64,000 bases of DNA from Patescibacteria group bacterium (GCA_041650715.1 JBAZKQ010000001.1:262945-326944); one strand, 5' to 3'. Positions 8,722 to 18,423 are shown, numbered from the stretch's first letter. Notes: generated by a model from the letters alone, not told the origin. Translations and numbers: made by a program.

Positions 8722-9756
8722 ATGCCTAAGAAAGAAAACATCTTAACGCAAATCGAAACGGCAGCCTTGGTTGGTCGCGGCGGTGCTTCGTTTTCGGTTG
8801 CCCAAAAATGGGCGGCCGTTAAAGAAGCTTTGCGCACAAAAAAGCGAGCTTATATTATTGCAAATGGCGCCGAGGGAGAGCCCGGGGTAAAAAAGGATGG
8901 TTTTATTATCAAGCACTTTCCGGAAGAACTCATTAACGGTATCGATTTGGCTGATAAGTTTTTGGGGCCACAAAAAATAGGGCACATTTATATCTTTCTG
9001 AGCCATGAGTATTTTAAAAAATATACCCCGGTCTTAAAAAAAGTGCTGAGCGCAAAAAGGTACAGCGCCTTGGAAAAGAAAATAAAGTTTATCGCCAAGC
9101 CGGAAGAGTTAACATACGTGAGCGGGGAAGAATCGGCGCTTTTAAATCTGATTGAAGGACGAAAAATTGAGCCGCGTCTTAAGCCGCCTTATCCGACAAG
9201 CCATGGTCTGTTTGGCTCTCCAACTTTAATTAATAATGTTGAAACTTTTTATAATATTAGTTTGGTCAGTCGGGGTAAGTTCAAACATGAGCGTTTCTAT
9301 ACTATAAATGGCGCCGTGCGCCATCCGGGCGTTTATTCTTTGCCGGCCGAATTAACAATTGAAGATGTTTTAAAAAAAACCAATAATATCCCCGCGATTA
9401 AGTATTTTGTGATTGTCGGCGGCGAAGCGGCTGGCGAAGTCCTGCGCGGTGATCAACTTGAGCGGCCGGTGGAGGGCGCGGGGTCGATAATGGTATATGA
9501 CTTTAATAAGACTGACAGAAAGAAGCTGCTTAAGTATTGGCTAAGATTTTATTTTACCGAAAGCTGCGGTAATTGCACGATTTGCCGTGAAGGGACTTAC
9601 CGTCTTTGGGAATTAGTTAATCAGAAAAAATTTGACAAGAAACTGTTTAGCGAAATTATTTCCGGTTTGGAGGAAAGTAGTTTTTGTGCGCTTGGGCGCT
9701 CGCTCCCGATCCCAGTAAAAAGTTATTTTTTAAATATAGAACATGAAAAAATTTAA
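8722..9756 (+). CDS. NuoF/HydB-like NAD(P)H-binding flavoprotein with a 4Fe-4S cluster (minimal form)
   Basis: GRGGASFSVAQKW, NGAEGEPGVKKD, VSGEESALLNLIEG..PRLKPPYP, NNVETF and ESCGNCTICREG...FCALG match NuoF 51-kDa motifs. At only 344 aa it lacks accessory Fe-S domains. Confidence 0.8.
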   Translation: MPKKENILTQIETAALVGRGGASFSVAQKWAAVKEALRTKKRAYIIANGAEGEPGVKKDGFIIKHFPEELINGIDLADKFLGPQKIGHIYIFLSHEYFKKYTPVLKKVLSAKRYSALEKKIKFIAKPEELTYVSGEESALLNLIEGRKIEPRLKPPYPTSHGLFGSPTLINNVETFYNISLVSRGKFKHERFYTINGAVRHPGVYSLPAELTIEDVLKKTNNIPAIKYFVIVGGEAAGEVLRGDQLERPVEGAGSIMVYDFNKTDRKKLLKYWLRFYFTESCGNCTICREGTYRLWELVNQKKFDKKLFSEIISGLEESSFCALGRSLPIPVKSYFLNIEHEKI

Positions 9757-9770
9757 TTTAATTTAATTTT

Positions 9771-10535
9771 ATGGAAGACGAAAAAACAATTATTAACCCG
9801 GAACTAAATAGAACCGGATCGAAATTAACTCCAGTTTTCGACATGGTAGAGGATGCCTGTGGGGAATATTGGCAAAACATAAGGAAATTTATTGAAGTTT
9901 ATGTACGCGGCCTATTGGGTATGCTTCCGTTTTTCTTCTTGGGTTTGCTGTATCGCTACTTGAGCGAGACCACCTATTTCCTTGATGGGCTATTTGTCCG
10001 TTTGCTTTCTCTCGTAATTTTGCTCCTGGCTGGACTAGCGGCAATTTATTTCGGCGTGCGAACGCGGGCGGCCATGATTCTTCTCATTAAAAGTAAATAT
10101 GCTTCCGCCAAAGAAAATTTTGTTTTGAGTAAGAATTACTTCTGGAGTTTCCTCGGTGTTTCTCTTTTGGGCGCACTTATCATCGCTCTCTGGTCAATTT
10201 TGCTCATAATCCCCGGCATAGTTTTTGCGATATTTTACTTACTTTTTAATTACACTTTCTTTTTTGAAGAGCTTAAAGGTTTTAAAGCCTTGCGCCGGAG
10301 CCGAGAACTGGTTAAAGGCTATTGGTGGGCTGTTTTCGGAAGAGTCCTTTTCGTCGGCCTTATCGCGGGAGTTTTTGATTTCATCTTATCTTCACCACTT
10401 GGCTTAATGGTTGAGGGCAGCGCCGGTTTTGTTATTTATAATAGTATTATTAATATAATTTGGGCACTGTTAGCACCGATTATCGTGATATACATTTATT
10501 ATATCTACCGGGATCTGCGCGCTTTAAAAAAATAA
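9771..10535 (+). CDS. polytopic integral membrane protein, unknown function
   Basis: ORF track. About 6 long hydrophobic segments. It sits between the flavoprotein gene and hydA with 14- and 10-nt gaps. Confidence 0.6.
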   Translation: MEDEKTIINPELNRTGSKLTPVFDMVEDACGEYWQNIRKFIEVYVRGLLGMLPFFFLGLLYRYLSETTYFLDGLFVRLLSLVILLLAGLAAIYFGVRTRAAMILLIKSKYASAKENFVLSKNYFWSFLGVSLLGALIIALWSILLIIPGIVFAIFYLLFNYTFFFEELKGFKALRRSRELVKGYWWAVFGRVLFVGLIAGVFDFILSSPLGLMVEGSAGFVIYNSIINIIWALLAPIIVIYIYYIYRDLRALKK

Positions 10536-10545
10536 AAAAATTTCC

Positions 10546-12300
10546 ATGATAGTTGCCATCAATAATAAAAAAGTGAAGGCCAGCGCGGGTCAGACTGTGC
10601 TTGATTTAGCTCGGGCTAACGGAATTGAAATTCCCGCCCTATGCCATCACCCCGATTTGGACGTCAAGGCGAATTGTCGAATCTGCGTCGTTGAATTAAA
10701 AGGTCAGGACAAATTAGTGACGGCTTGCTCAACGACCGTCGGCGCGGGGATGGAAATATTAACGGATTCGCCGCGCGTCAAAAAAGCGCGGGCGCTTAAT
10801 TTGGAATTAATTTTCGCCGAGCACGAAAAGAAATGCGCGACTTGCTCGTCTCGCTATGATTGTGAACTGCTGCGCCTGGCTACTAAGTATCAGGTTAAAT
10901 TAACCCGCTTCCCGGAAAGGAAAGGCGGTCGGAAAACTTATAAATTTGCCAATGCCGTTGAGATCGACGGCACGCAGTGCATTGACTGTAAAAATTGTAT
11001 CGGTGCGTGTTCGCAAATCCAAAAAATAAATTATTTAGAAATGTCAGGCGCGGGTATTCATCAAGAAATTGTGCCGGTTAAAGATAAAAACATTGCCTGC
11101 ATTTATTGTGGCCAATGTACTTTGCATTGTCCCGTAGCGGCCGCCCAAGAACAGGAGGCCTGGCGCGAGGTTGAAGTGCAAATAAAAAATAAAAATAAAA
11201 TTGTCGTCGCTCAGTTTGCGCCCTCGATTCGCGTATCTTTAGGCGAAGAGTTCGGTTTAGCGACCGGCGCTAATTGCGAAGGGAAGATATATACCGCTTT
11301 AAAAAAACTTGGTTTCAATCATGTTTTCGATGTTAATTTTGGTGCCGATATTACGACGATGACCGAGGCGGAAGAATTGCTTGAACGCTTGCACGCAAAA
11401 AAACCCGTCTGGCCGATGATGACTTCTTGCTGTCCCGCCTGGGTCGCCTACGCAGAGTTTTATCACCCGGAACTTATTCCCAATTTAACTTCCGCTCGCT
11501 CGCCGCATATTCATCTGGCGGGCGCCATTAAAAGTTATTGGGCGCAGAAAAATAAAGTTAATCCGAAGAATATTGTCGTTGTTTCCATCATGCCGTGTAC
11601 GGCTAAAAAATATGAAGCGGCCCGGCCGGAACTCCGGCATAAGGGGGCGCCACTCGTCGATTATGTTTTAACGACGCGCGAGCTGGCTTTTATGATTAAA
11701 AAAAACCAGCTTGATTTTAAAAAGTTAGCGGACGGGCAGGGTGAGAAATTATTCAATGACGGTTCGGGCGCGGCTGCTATTTATGGTGCATCGGGCGGAG
11801 TTATGGAGTCGGCCCTACGGACCGCGAACGCCCTGGTTTGTGCGACTAGCCAGAATAAATTATGCGATAGTCATTTGGAGTTCAAGGAGGTGCGGGGTCT
11901 ATACGGATTTAAGGAAGCGACCGTAGATTTGGATGGCAAAAAAATTAAAGTCGGGGTCGTAAACGGGATTGCGCATCTGGAACCGCTTTTACCTAAATTA
12001 AAAAAATATCATTATATCGAAGTGATGGCTTGCCCGGGCGGCTGCTTGGGCGGGGGCGGGCAGCCGATTCCGACTAATCGAGCGATTCGGCAAAAACGCC
12101 TCGAGGGTTTATATGCAATCGACAAAAAAAGACCGATTCGGCGTGCTCATGAAAACAAGGCTATGACCCAGTATTATAAATGGGTTAAAGATAATAATTT
12201 AAATAGACAACTTCTGCACACTAAGTTTGCCGTGTCTAAAGGATCGGTACTAACGGTTAAAAAAGCCAAAAATAATTCTTTGCTTGATTTCCTCTTTTAA
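10546..12300 (+). CDS. hydA: [FeFe] hydrogenase catalytic subunit (M3-type, with N-terminal 2Fe-2S and 4Fe-4S domains)
   Basis: H-cluster motifs TSCCPAW, MPCTAKKYE and EVMACPGGCLGGGGQP. N-terminal CxxC ferredoxin motifs (CRICVV, CIDCKNCIGAC, CIYCGQCTLHCP). Confidence 0.92.
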   Translation: MIVAINNKKVKASAGQTVLDLARANGIEIPALCHHPDLDVKANCRICVVELKGQDKLVTACSTTVGAGMEILTDSPRVKKARALNLELIFAEHEKKCATCSSRYDCELLRLATKYQVKLTRFPERKGGRKTYKFANAVEIDGTQCIDCKNCIGACSQIQKINYLEMSGAGIHQEIVPVKDKNIACIYCGQCTLHCPVAAAQEQEAWREVEVQIKNKNKIVVAQFAPSIRVSLGEEFGLATGANCEGKIYTALKKLGFNHVFDVNFGADITTMTEAEELLERLHAKKPVWPMMTSCCPAWVAYAEFYHPELIPNLTSARSPHIHLAGAIKSYWAQKNKVNPKNIVVVSIMPCTAKKYEAARPELRHKGAPLVDYVLTTRELAFMIKKNQLDFKKLADGQGEKLFNDGSGAAAIYGASGGVMESALRTANALVCATSQNKLCDSHLEFKEVRGLYGFKEATVDLDGKKIKVGVVNGIAHLEPLLPKLKKYHYIEVMACPGGCLGGGGQPIPTNRAIRQKRLEGLYAIDKKRPIRRAHENKAMTQYYKWVKDNNLNRQLLHTKFAVSKGSVLTVKKAKNNSLLDFLF

Positions 12301-12310
12301 TTTAAAATAT

Positions 12311-12577
12311 ATGTCAAGAGTTTTAGCAACCATCTCAATTTTAGCCAGCGATCGCCAAGCCGTGTCCGGGGATTTAAACAGGGTGCTCACAGATTCGGGG
12401 CACTTGATTATGTCGCGTTTAGGTGTTAATGTGCAACGTAATTGCTTTGAGCATTGTTTGGGCTTGATTATATTGGCGGTTGAGGGCGACGGGCCGAAAG
12501 TGGCCGAGCTCAACGAAAAATTGAAGGCCTTATCGCATCTGAGTGTTAAGATGAGCATTATGAATGAGATAGAGTAA
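12311..12577 (+). CDS. small ACT/NikR-C-like protein resembling the TM1266-type iron-only hydrogenase system regulator
   Basis: About 88 aa, immediately after hydA. The pattern ...ISILASDRQ...LNRVLTDSGHLIMSRLGV......LIILAVEGDG..V.EL..KL recalls the TM1266 family. I chose ATG 12311 because track start 12284 overlaps hydA. Confidence 0.55.
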   Translation: MSRVLATISILASDRQAVSGDLNRVLTDSGHLIMSRLGVNVQRNCFEHCLGLIILAVEGDGPKVAELNEKLKALSHLSVKMSIMNEIE

Positions 12578-12606
12578 ACCGCATAAATTTTTACCGTTTA
12601 AATATT

Positions 12607-14064
12607 ATGAATATACCCGCTTATATCAATAAAATAATTGCCGATTTACAGGCCTCGGGCTACGAGGCCTATATTGTTGGCGGTTGCGTGCGGGATGTTC
12701 TACTAGGAAAGGAGCCTAAAGATTGGGATATAACGACCAATGCCTTGCCCGAGCAAATGTTAAAAATTTTTCCGCAAGCCAAATACGAAAACACATACGG
12801 TACGGTTTTATTTCCGATTCGGGCGCTTGCCCAGGAGAACGAAATAAAAGGTAAATTGGAAGATGTGGTTGAAATTACCACCTATCGTAGTGAGCAGGGT
12901 TATTCTGACCGCCGGCATCCCGATTCGATTCGTTTTGAAACGGAGCTCGACAAAGATTTGGAGCGCCGTGATTTTACCATTAATGCGCTTGCGCTTGACC
13001 CCAGTAATCACGAAAAAATTATTGATCTCTTTGGCGGGCAAAAGGACATTAAATTAAAAATCATCCGCGCCGTCGGTGAACCGAGTGATCGCTTTAAAGA
13101 AGACGCGCTGCGCATGCTAAGGGCGATTCGTTTTAGTGCCCAATTAGGTTTCGAACTGGAGCCGAAAACACAGCGGGCCATTGTTAAGTTGGCCGGCAGT
13201 TTAAAATTTGTTTCCAAAGAACGAATTCGTGATGAACTTATTAAAATCCTGGCCTCGGATCGACCGTACGAAGGCATTATGCTTTTGCATGACTCAAAAT
13301 TATTGCAATATATCATTCCTGAGCTTGAAGAGGGCGTCGGAGTTAATCAGGATAGGCACCACATCTATCCGGTTTTTAAGCATAATCTCTTAGCCCTTAA
13401 GTGTTGTCCCAATAAGGCGTGGCAGGTTCGTTTTGCCGCCTTGCTGCATGACGTCGCTAAACCAAAAACGCGAAAAATTATCAATAATATCGCCACTTTT
13501 TATAATCATGAGCACGTGGGCGCACGCCTGACCGCCAAGATTATGAGTCGTTTAAGATTTTCGAGCGCCGATGAGGAGCGAGTAGTCAATCTGGTAAAAA
13601 ATCACATGTTTTATTATAATGTCGGTGAGGTGACGGCCGCCTCGGTGCGCCGGTTGATTGTTAAGGTGGGTAAAGAAAATTTAAAAGATTTAATTGATTT
13701 GCGTATTGCCGACCGTCTCGGCTCCGGTACCCCCAAGGCGATGCCTTATAAATTGCGGCACCTCCAGTATATGTTAGAAAAGGTGCAAAACGATCCGGTT
13801 TCTGTTAAAATGTTGAAGTTAAATGGCGATGATATTATTAAATTGCTGAATATTTCGCCCAGTCCGAAGATTGGTGCGATACTCGACGTACTTCTGAGCG
13901 ACGTGCTTGAAGACCCCGAACGCAATACTTTGCTTTGGCTTAAAAAACGAACGCGGGAATTGGATAAGTTTGCGCTTGAAGAGTTGAGGGCTAAGGCCAA
14001 AGAAGTGATTGCCGAAAAAAGGGAAGAAGAAGATAAAGAAATTAAAAAACAATATAAAGTTTAA
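12607..14064 (+). CDS. cca: CCA-adding tRNA nucleotidyltransferase with HD domain
   Basis: GGCVRDVLLGKEPKDWDITT, RDFTINAL and a later LLHDVAKP HD motif. Confidence 0.9.
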   Translation: MNIPAYINKIIADLQASGYEAYIVGGCVRDVLLGKEPKDWDITTNALPEQMLKIFPQAKYENTYGTVLFPIRALAQENEIKGKLEDVVEITTYRSEQGYSDRRHPDSIRFETELDKDLERRDFTINALALDPSNHEKIIDLFGGQKDIKLKIIRAVGEPSDRFKEDALRMLRAIRFSAQLGFELEPKTQRAIVKLAGSLKFVSKERIRDELIKILASDRPYEGIMLLHDSKLLQYIIPELEEGVGVNQDRHHIYPVFKHNLLALKCCPNKAWQVRFAALLHDVAKPKTRKIINNIATFYNHEHVGARLTAKIMSRLRFSSADEERVVNLVKNHMFYYNVGEVTAASVRRLIVKVGKENLKDLIDLRIADRLGSGTPKAMPYKLRHLQYMLEKVQNDPVSVKMLKLNGDDIIKLLNISPSPKIGAILDVLLSDVLEDPERNTLLWLKKRTRELDKFALEELRAKAKEVIAEKREEEDKEIKKQYKV

Positions 14065-14070
14065 AAAATT

Positions 14071-14823
14071 ATGAAGAAGATCATGTTTTTGGGCGCAATC
14101 GTTTTGCTTGCCCTTAGTGTTTCGGCCTGCACTTTAAAAAAACCGGCCACAAGCGAGGAAAATATTGCGCCGATAAGCGCGAGTAGCGACGAAGATATTA
14201 ATTTAGCGGATGACAATACTGCCTCCGCACCGGTGAACACCTCCGCGGGCACGGACGCCAATCAGGCGGTCGCCTCGGAAACGCCGGTTCAAACTATTAG
14301 TGCTATGCCAAATCCAAGCCAACAAGAAGATTTAACAAAAAAATATTCGCAAGCGCTTATTAAAACCAGCGTGGGCGATATTACGGTTAAATTTTATGCG
14401 AGCGATTCGCCCGTGACCGTTAATAATTTTTTGAATTTAGCGCAATCAGGCTTCTATAATGGTACAAAATTCCACCGGGTGATTAAAGATTTTATGATCC
14501 AAGGCGGCGATCCATTAAGCAAGGAGTCCAATACGGCTGCCTGGGGAACGGGTGGACCGGGTTATCAATTCGCCGATGAATTCAATACTCATAAATTAGT
14601 GCTCGGCAGTTTAGCCATGGCCAATTCTGGTCCCGACACGAACGGTTCTCAATTCTTTATCGTCACGGCCGCGGAAACGCCTTGGCTCGATGGTCATCAT
14701 ACTAATTTCGGCCAGGTAAGTGCCGGTATGGATGTAGTGAAAAAGATTGAAGCGGTGCAAACCGGAGTAAACGATCGGCCGGTGCAAGACGTTGTGATTA
14801 CGGGGATTGAGTTATTAAAGTAA
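14071..14823 (+). CDS. cyclophilin-type peptidyl-prolyl isomerase, lipoprotein
   Basis: Lipobox LALSVSAC, then [15 protein letters not shown] and GSQFFI cyclophilin motifs. Confidence 0.9.
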   Translation: MKKIMFLGAIVLLALSVSACTLKKPATSEENIAPISASSDEDINLADDNTASAPVNTSAGTDANQAVASETPVQTISAMPNPSQQEDLTKKYSQALIKTSVGDITVKFYASDSPVTVNNFLNLAQSGFYNGTKFHRVIKDFMIQGGDPLSKESNTAAWGTGGPGYQFADEFNTHKLVLGSLAMANSGPDTNGSQFFIVTAAETPWLDGHHTNFGQVSAGMDVVKKIEAVQTGVNDRPVQDVVITGIELLK

Positions 14824-14844
14824 GATATCTAACTTCTGTTAAAA

Positions 14845-14877
14845 TAAAAAAGATCCGCTCCGAAGCGGGTCTTTTTT
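14845..14877. terminator. bidirectional intrinsic terminator between convergent genes
   Basis: A-run, GATCCGC-TCCGAA-GCGGGTC, then T6. Confidence 0.65.
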
Positions 14878-14906
14878 AAATAAATTTCATGATTGCTCGG
14901 ACCTGG

Positions 14907-15314
14907 CTAATTAGCGATAACCTGGCTTGGTCCGCCGATTACCGGTATGGATATGGTGCCGCTTAGTATCTTTGTTTCCGTGGACGATAATTTAAGCGTC
15001 AAAAGAAATATTGAAGCAACTGAGAGGATGATGATTATTAGGGAAATTAAACCGCGTCGTGTATGAGTGGCGTCACCCTTTAGCCAGACAAAAATAGATA
15101 TGGCCGCGGAAAGGATTGCGAGCGGTAAAAAATAAAAAGTTAGAGAATACCAGATAAATAAAGCAAGCGAAGAAAGAATCCTATTTTGGCCTAAAGAAAT
15201 AATTTGCGGGAGAGGTACAAAAAATATTAGCGTTAAGCCGGATAGAGCTAAGAGTAGAATAAAAAACCAAAAGTGGGATAAATATTCGTTTAAAATAAAA
15301 AGACTTTTTTTCAT
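14907..15314 (-). CDS. small integral membrane protein, unknown function
   Basis: ORF track. Four hydrophobic helices. Confidence 0.5.
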   Translation of the reverse strand: MKKSLFILNEYLSHFWFFILLLALSGLTLIFFVPLPQIISLGQNRILSSLALFIWYSLTFYFLPLAILSAAISIFVWLKGDATHTRRGLISLIIIILSVASIFLLTLKLSSTETKILSGTISIPVIGGPSQVIAN

Positions 15315-15484
15315 ATTATTTACATTAATATTTATAAATGAATTATATCACGAATAAGCAAAAATAATTAGAAATTTGCGGAAGTCGAAAATAGTTCAAA
15401 AAAATCTTAATTTAGGCTATAATGGACATAATCACAATAATTTGTTATAGTTAAAATCTTACAAAAATTTCAATAAATTGAGAT

Positions 15485-16636
15485 ATGAAAGTATATTTAG
15501 ATAATGCCGCCACAACGCGCCTTGATCCGCGCATTTTGGCAAAAATGAAGCCATATTTTACGGAAAAATATGGAAACGCCTCCTCTATCCATGCGCTCGG
15601 TCAGGATGCCTTTTTAGAGCTCCAAAGGGCCAAGGAAACGGTCGCTCGACTCTTGGGTGGGGAAGCGGCGAGTGTAATTTTCACGGCTAGTGCAACTGAG
15701 GCCAATAATTTAATTATTAAAGGCGTCGCTCTGGCAAATCAGGCTAAAGGCAATAAAATTATTGTTTCAAATATCGAGCATCCCTGCGTTCGGGAATCGG
15801 CCAATGAACTCGCTCGCGCCGGTTTTAAAGTTGAATTTGCGCCGGTTAATGCCGAAGGAATTGTAACACCGGAAGCCTTGGAAAAAATAATTGATGCGGA
15901 AACAGTTTTAGTTTCTATTATGGCGGTCAATAATGAAATCGGTACGATTCAGGATATTAGTGCGCTGGCGGCCGTTGCTCATAAACATGGTGCCTATTTT
16001 CACACTGATGCCGTCCAAGCCATTCCGTATTTGAAAATTAATATTGAAAAAATGGGCATCGATCTCTTAAGTCTATCCGCTCATAAGTTCTATGGGCCGA
16101 AGGGTGTAGGTTTGGCCTATATCGCCAAAGGGATTAAGATTAAGCCGCAAATTATTGGTGGTGGACAAGAAAACGGTCTAAGAGCAGGCACCTATAATTT
16201 ACCGGGGATAATGGGCTTGATGTTTGCCCTGGAATTAGCGTATAAAGAAAGAGACGCTTATGTAAAAAAAGTAAAAGCACTTAAAGATTATTTTTGGCAA
16301 AAAATAAAAAAGGAGATTTCGGGCGTCAAATTAAACGGTTCGGCAACGAAACGCGTACCGGCCAATTTAAATGTAATGTTTGGTTCGATTGAAGGGGAAG
16401 CGATTTTAATGGACCTGTCCTTTAAAGGGGTATGCGTTTCGACCGGTTCGGCCTGCTCGGCTACGGATTTGCGCGCCTCGTCTGTCCTTAAAGCAATCGG
16501 CCTGGATAAAAATAATCTAAATAGTAATATTCGTTTTTCGCTCGGCCGTTTTAATACTAAGAAAGAGATTGATTATACGGTTAAATGCTTGGGTGGGACG
16601 GTTAAAAGATTGCGCAGTTTTAGTCCGATAAAATAA
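15485..16636 (+). CDS. nifS: cysteine desulfurase (NifS/IscS class)
   Basis: The PLP lysine motif SAHKFYGPKG and the catalytic loop GSACSA. A NifU-like gene lies next to it. Confidence 0.92.
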   Translation: MKVYLDNAATTRLDPRILAKMKPYFTEKYGNASSIHALGQDAFLELQRAKETVARLLGGEAASVIFTASATEANNLIIKGVALANQAKGNKIIVSNIEHPCVRESANELARAGFKVEFAPVNAEGIVTPEALEKIIDAETVLVSIMAVNNEIGTIQDISALAAVAHKHGAYFHTDAVQAIPYLKINIEKMGIDLLSLSAHKFYGPKGVGLAYIAKGIKIKPQIIGGGQENGLRAGTYNLPGIMGLMFALELAYKERDAYVKKVKALKDYFWQKIKKEISGVKLNGSATKRVPANLNVMFGSIEGEAILMDLSFKGVCVSTGSACSATDLRASSVLKAIGLDKNNLNSNIRFSLGRFNTKKEIDYTVKCLGGTVKRLRSFSPIK

Positions 16637-16666
16637 AAATTAAAATTAAAAATTAAGAATAAAGAT

Positions 16667-17149
16667 ATGGCTTTAAATTATACAAAAAAAACAATTAATC
16701 ATTTTTTACAGCCCCAGAATATCGGGGACATGAAAGCGCCGGATGGTTATGCGCAAATCGGTAATATGGTTTGCGGCGACCAACTCGATTTTTTCTTAAA
16801 AGTGGAAAAGGGAAAAATTAAAGATGTGAAATTCTTATCGTTTGGCTGCGCCTCGAATATCGCAACGGCTTCGATTTTAACGCAAAAAGTTAAGGGCATG
16901 ACGATTGAGGCGGCCAAAAAATACAAATGGGAAAAAGTCGTGGCTGAACTGGGCGGTTTGCCGCAGCAAAAAATTCATTGCTCGGTAATGGCTGTCCAGG
17001 GGCTAAAGAAGGCGATCAGTGATTATGAAAGTCGCCAGGTAATCGAACCCAGTTTCGGGAAGAAGAAAACGGTTAGCGCAAAAAAGACCATCGCTGTGAA
17101 AAAAACAGCCGTCGTAAAAAAACCATTAACCAAAAAGAAGAAGAAATAA
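16667..17149 (+). CDS. nifU: Fe-S cluster scaffold (NifU N-terminal/IscU-like) with a Lys-rich C-terminal tail
   Basis: Three conserved Cys contexts (MVCGD, FGCASNIA, HCSV). The last ~30 aa are KKKTVSAKKTIAVKKTAVVKKPLTKKKKK. Confidence 0.9.
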   Translation: MALNYTKKTINHFLQPQNIGDMKAPDGYAQIGNMVCGDQLDFFLKVEKGKIKDVKFLSFGCASNIATASILTQKVKGMTIEAAKKYKWEKVVAELGGLPQQKIHCSVMAVQGLKKAISDYESRQVIEPSFGKKKTVSAKKTIAVKKTAVVKKPLTKKKKK

Positions 17150-17176
17150 GTTCTAAACAAAAATTATCGTTAATAC

Positions 17177-17204
17177 AAAAACACTCCCGCAAAGGAGTGT
17201 TTTT
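17177..17204. terminator. bidirectional intrinsic terminator
   Basis: A-run, ACACTCC-CGCAAA-GGAGTGT, then TTTT, between convergent genes. Confidence 0.65.
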
Positions 17205-17233
17205 GGCTATATTTCGAATTTGAATAGAGTCGA

Positions 17234-17491
17234 TTAGAATCTCTTTTCCAGAGGACGGGCTTCGTTGACGACAACGGTGCGACCGTCTAATTCTTGGTTG
17301 TTATACATAGCGATAGCGCTATCGGCATCGCCATCATTTTCCATTTCGACGAAACCAAAGCCCTTAGAGCGATGAGTCATACGATCGGTAATGATAACAG
17401 CAGATAAAACGGCACCAGCTTTAGCGAAAGCATCCGCTAAACCTTGTTCGGTCGTCTTGAATGACAAGCCGCCGACAAATAACTTTTTCAT
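17234..17491 (-). CDS. RRM (RNP-1/RNP-2) RNA-binding protein
   Basis: KLFVGGLSF (RNP-2) and KGFGFVEM (RNP-1). Confidence 0.9.
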   Translation of the reverse strand: MKKLFVGGLSFKTTEQGLADAFAKAGAVLSAVIITDRMTHRSKGFGFVEMENDGDADSAIAMYNNQELDGRTVVVNEARPLEKRF

Positions 17492-17542
17492 TTTGTTTTC
17501 TTTTTACAAATTTTAATAAACGTAAGACGACCTTTTTTTGAA

Positions 17543-17565
17543 GAAAAAGCGGATTTTGGTCCGCT
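17543..17565 (-). promoter_or_regulatory. terminator-like hairpin inside the RRM-gene 5' leader
   Basis: On the minus strand, AGCGGA-CCAAAA-UCCGCU followed by UUUUU. It lies ~23 nt downstream of the predicted TSS and ~50 nt upstream of the ATG. Confidence 0.35.
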
Positions 17566-17594
17566 CTTACTTTTAAAATAGCTTACCTTTATTC

Positions 17595-17623
17595 AGTATA
17601 GCCTGTTTTCAATAATAAGTCAA
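17595..17623 (-). promoter_or_regulatory. sigma70-type promoter of the RRM gene
   Basis: On the minus strand, TTGACT (17623-17618), 17 nt, then TATACT (17600-17595). Confidence 0.5.
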
Positions 17624-17637
17624 GGGGTATATTTATA

Positions 17638-17667
17638 CAAAAAAACGGCGATTAAACCGTTTTTTTG
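17638..17667 (-). terminator. terminator after rplA
   Basis: AAAAACGG-N8-CCGTTTTT hairpin flanked by A and T runs, 16 nt past the rplA stop. Confidence 0.5.
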
Positions 17668-17682
17668 ATATATATTCTTTTT

Positions 17683-18423
17683 TTAGAGAATAACTTTTAC
17701 GCCCGGGCTCATTGAGGAGGCAATACTGATATTCTTGATAAAAGTACCCTTGGAGGAGGCCGGCTTCGCTTTCTTTAAGGTATCAAGCAGAGTCTGATAA
17801 TTTTCCATTAATTTCTTATTATCAAAACTTACTTTGCCGATAACGGTGTGGACATTGGCGGTATCATCATTTTTGAAACTGATTTTACCTTTTTTCAATT
17901 CTTCTACCGCTTTAGCCGGGTTAGTAGTTACGGTGTCATTTTTCGGGGAAGGCATTAAGCCACGAGTACCCAAGATTTTGGCAATAACGGCTAAATGTTT
18001 CATCATGGCCGGTTCGGCAATGGCGACCTGGAATTCCGTTTTTTCGGTTTTCTTAATTTCCGCTACCAATTCTTCACCGCCGACAAAGTCAGCGCCAGCC
18101 GCTTTAACGGCTTTTTCATTTTCCGGAGAAACGAAAGCGGCAACCTTAACGGTTTTACCGGTACCATTGGGCAGGCTTACGGCGCCACGCACTTGCTGGT
18201 CACCTTTTTTAGTATTGATACCAAGACGGAAGTGAACTTCAACTGAAGCGTCAAATTTAGTCTTAGTTAATTTTTTAACAATCTCTAAAGCTTCTTCGAT
18301 CGAGTAAGCTTTTAAGCGGTCATAAGTTTCGGAATAATCTACCTTTTTGACTTTGACTACTTTTTTTTCTTCTTTCTTTGAGGTTTTTTTAAGCACCTTT
18401 TCGGCTTTTTCTTTTTTGGCCAT
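17683..18423 (-). CDS. rplA: 50S ribosomal protein L1 with a Lys-rich N-terminal extension
   Basis: L1 core motifs (GTGKTVKVAAF, LGPRGLMPSPK-like ILGTRGLMPSPK). I chose ATG 18423 (MAKKEK...) because the track's GTG 18474 would translate a GC-rich spacer. Confidence 0.92.
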   Translation of the reverse strand: MAKKEKAEKVLKKTSKKEEKKVVKVKKVDYSETYDRLKAYSIEEALEIVKKLTKTKFDASVEVHFRLGINTKKGDQQVRGAVSLPNGTGKTVKVAAFVSPENEKAVKAAGADFVGGEELVAEIKKTEKTEFQVAIAEPAMMKHLAVIAKILGTRGLMPSPKNDTVTTNPAKAVEELKKGKISFKNDDTANVHTVIGKVSFDNKKLMENYQTLLDTLKKAKPASSKGTFIKNISIASSMSPGVKVIL

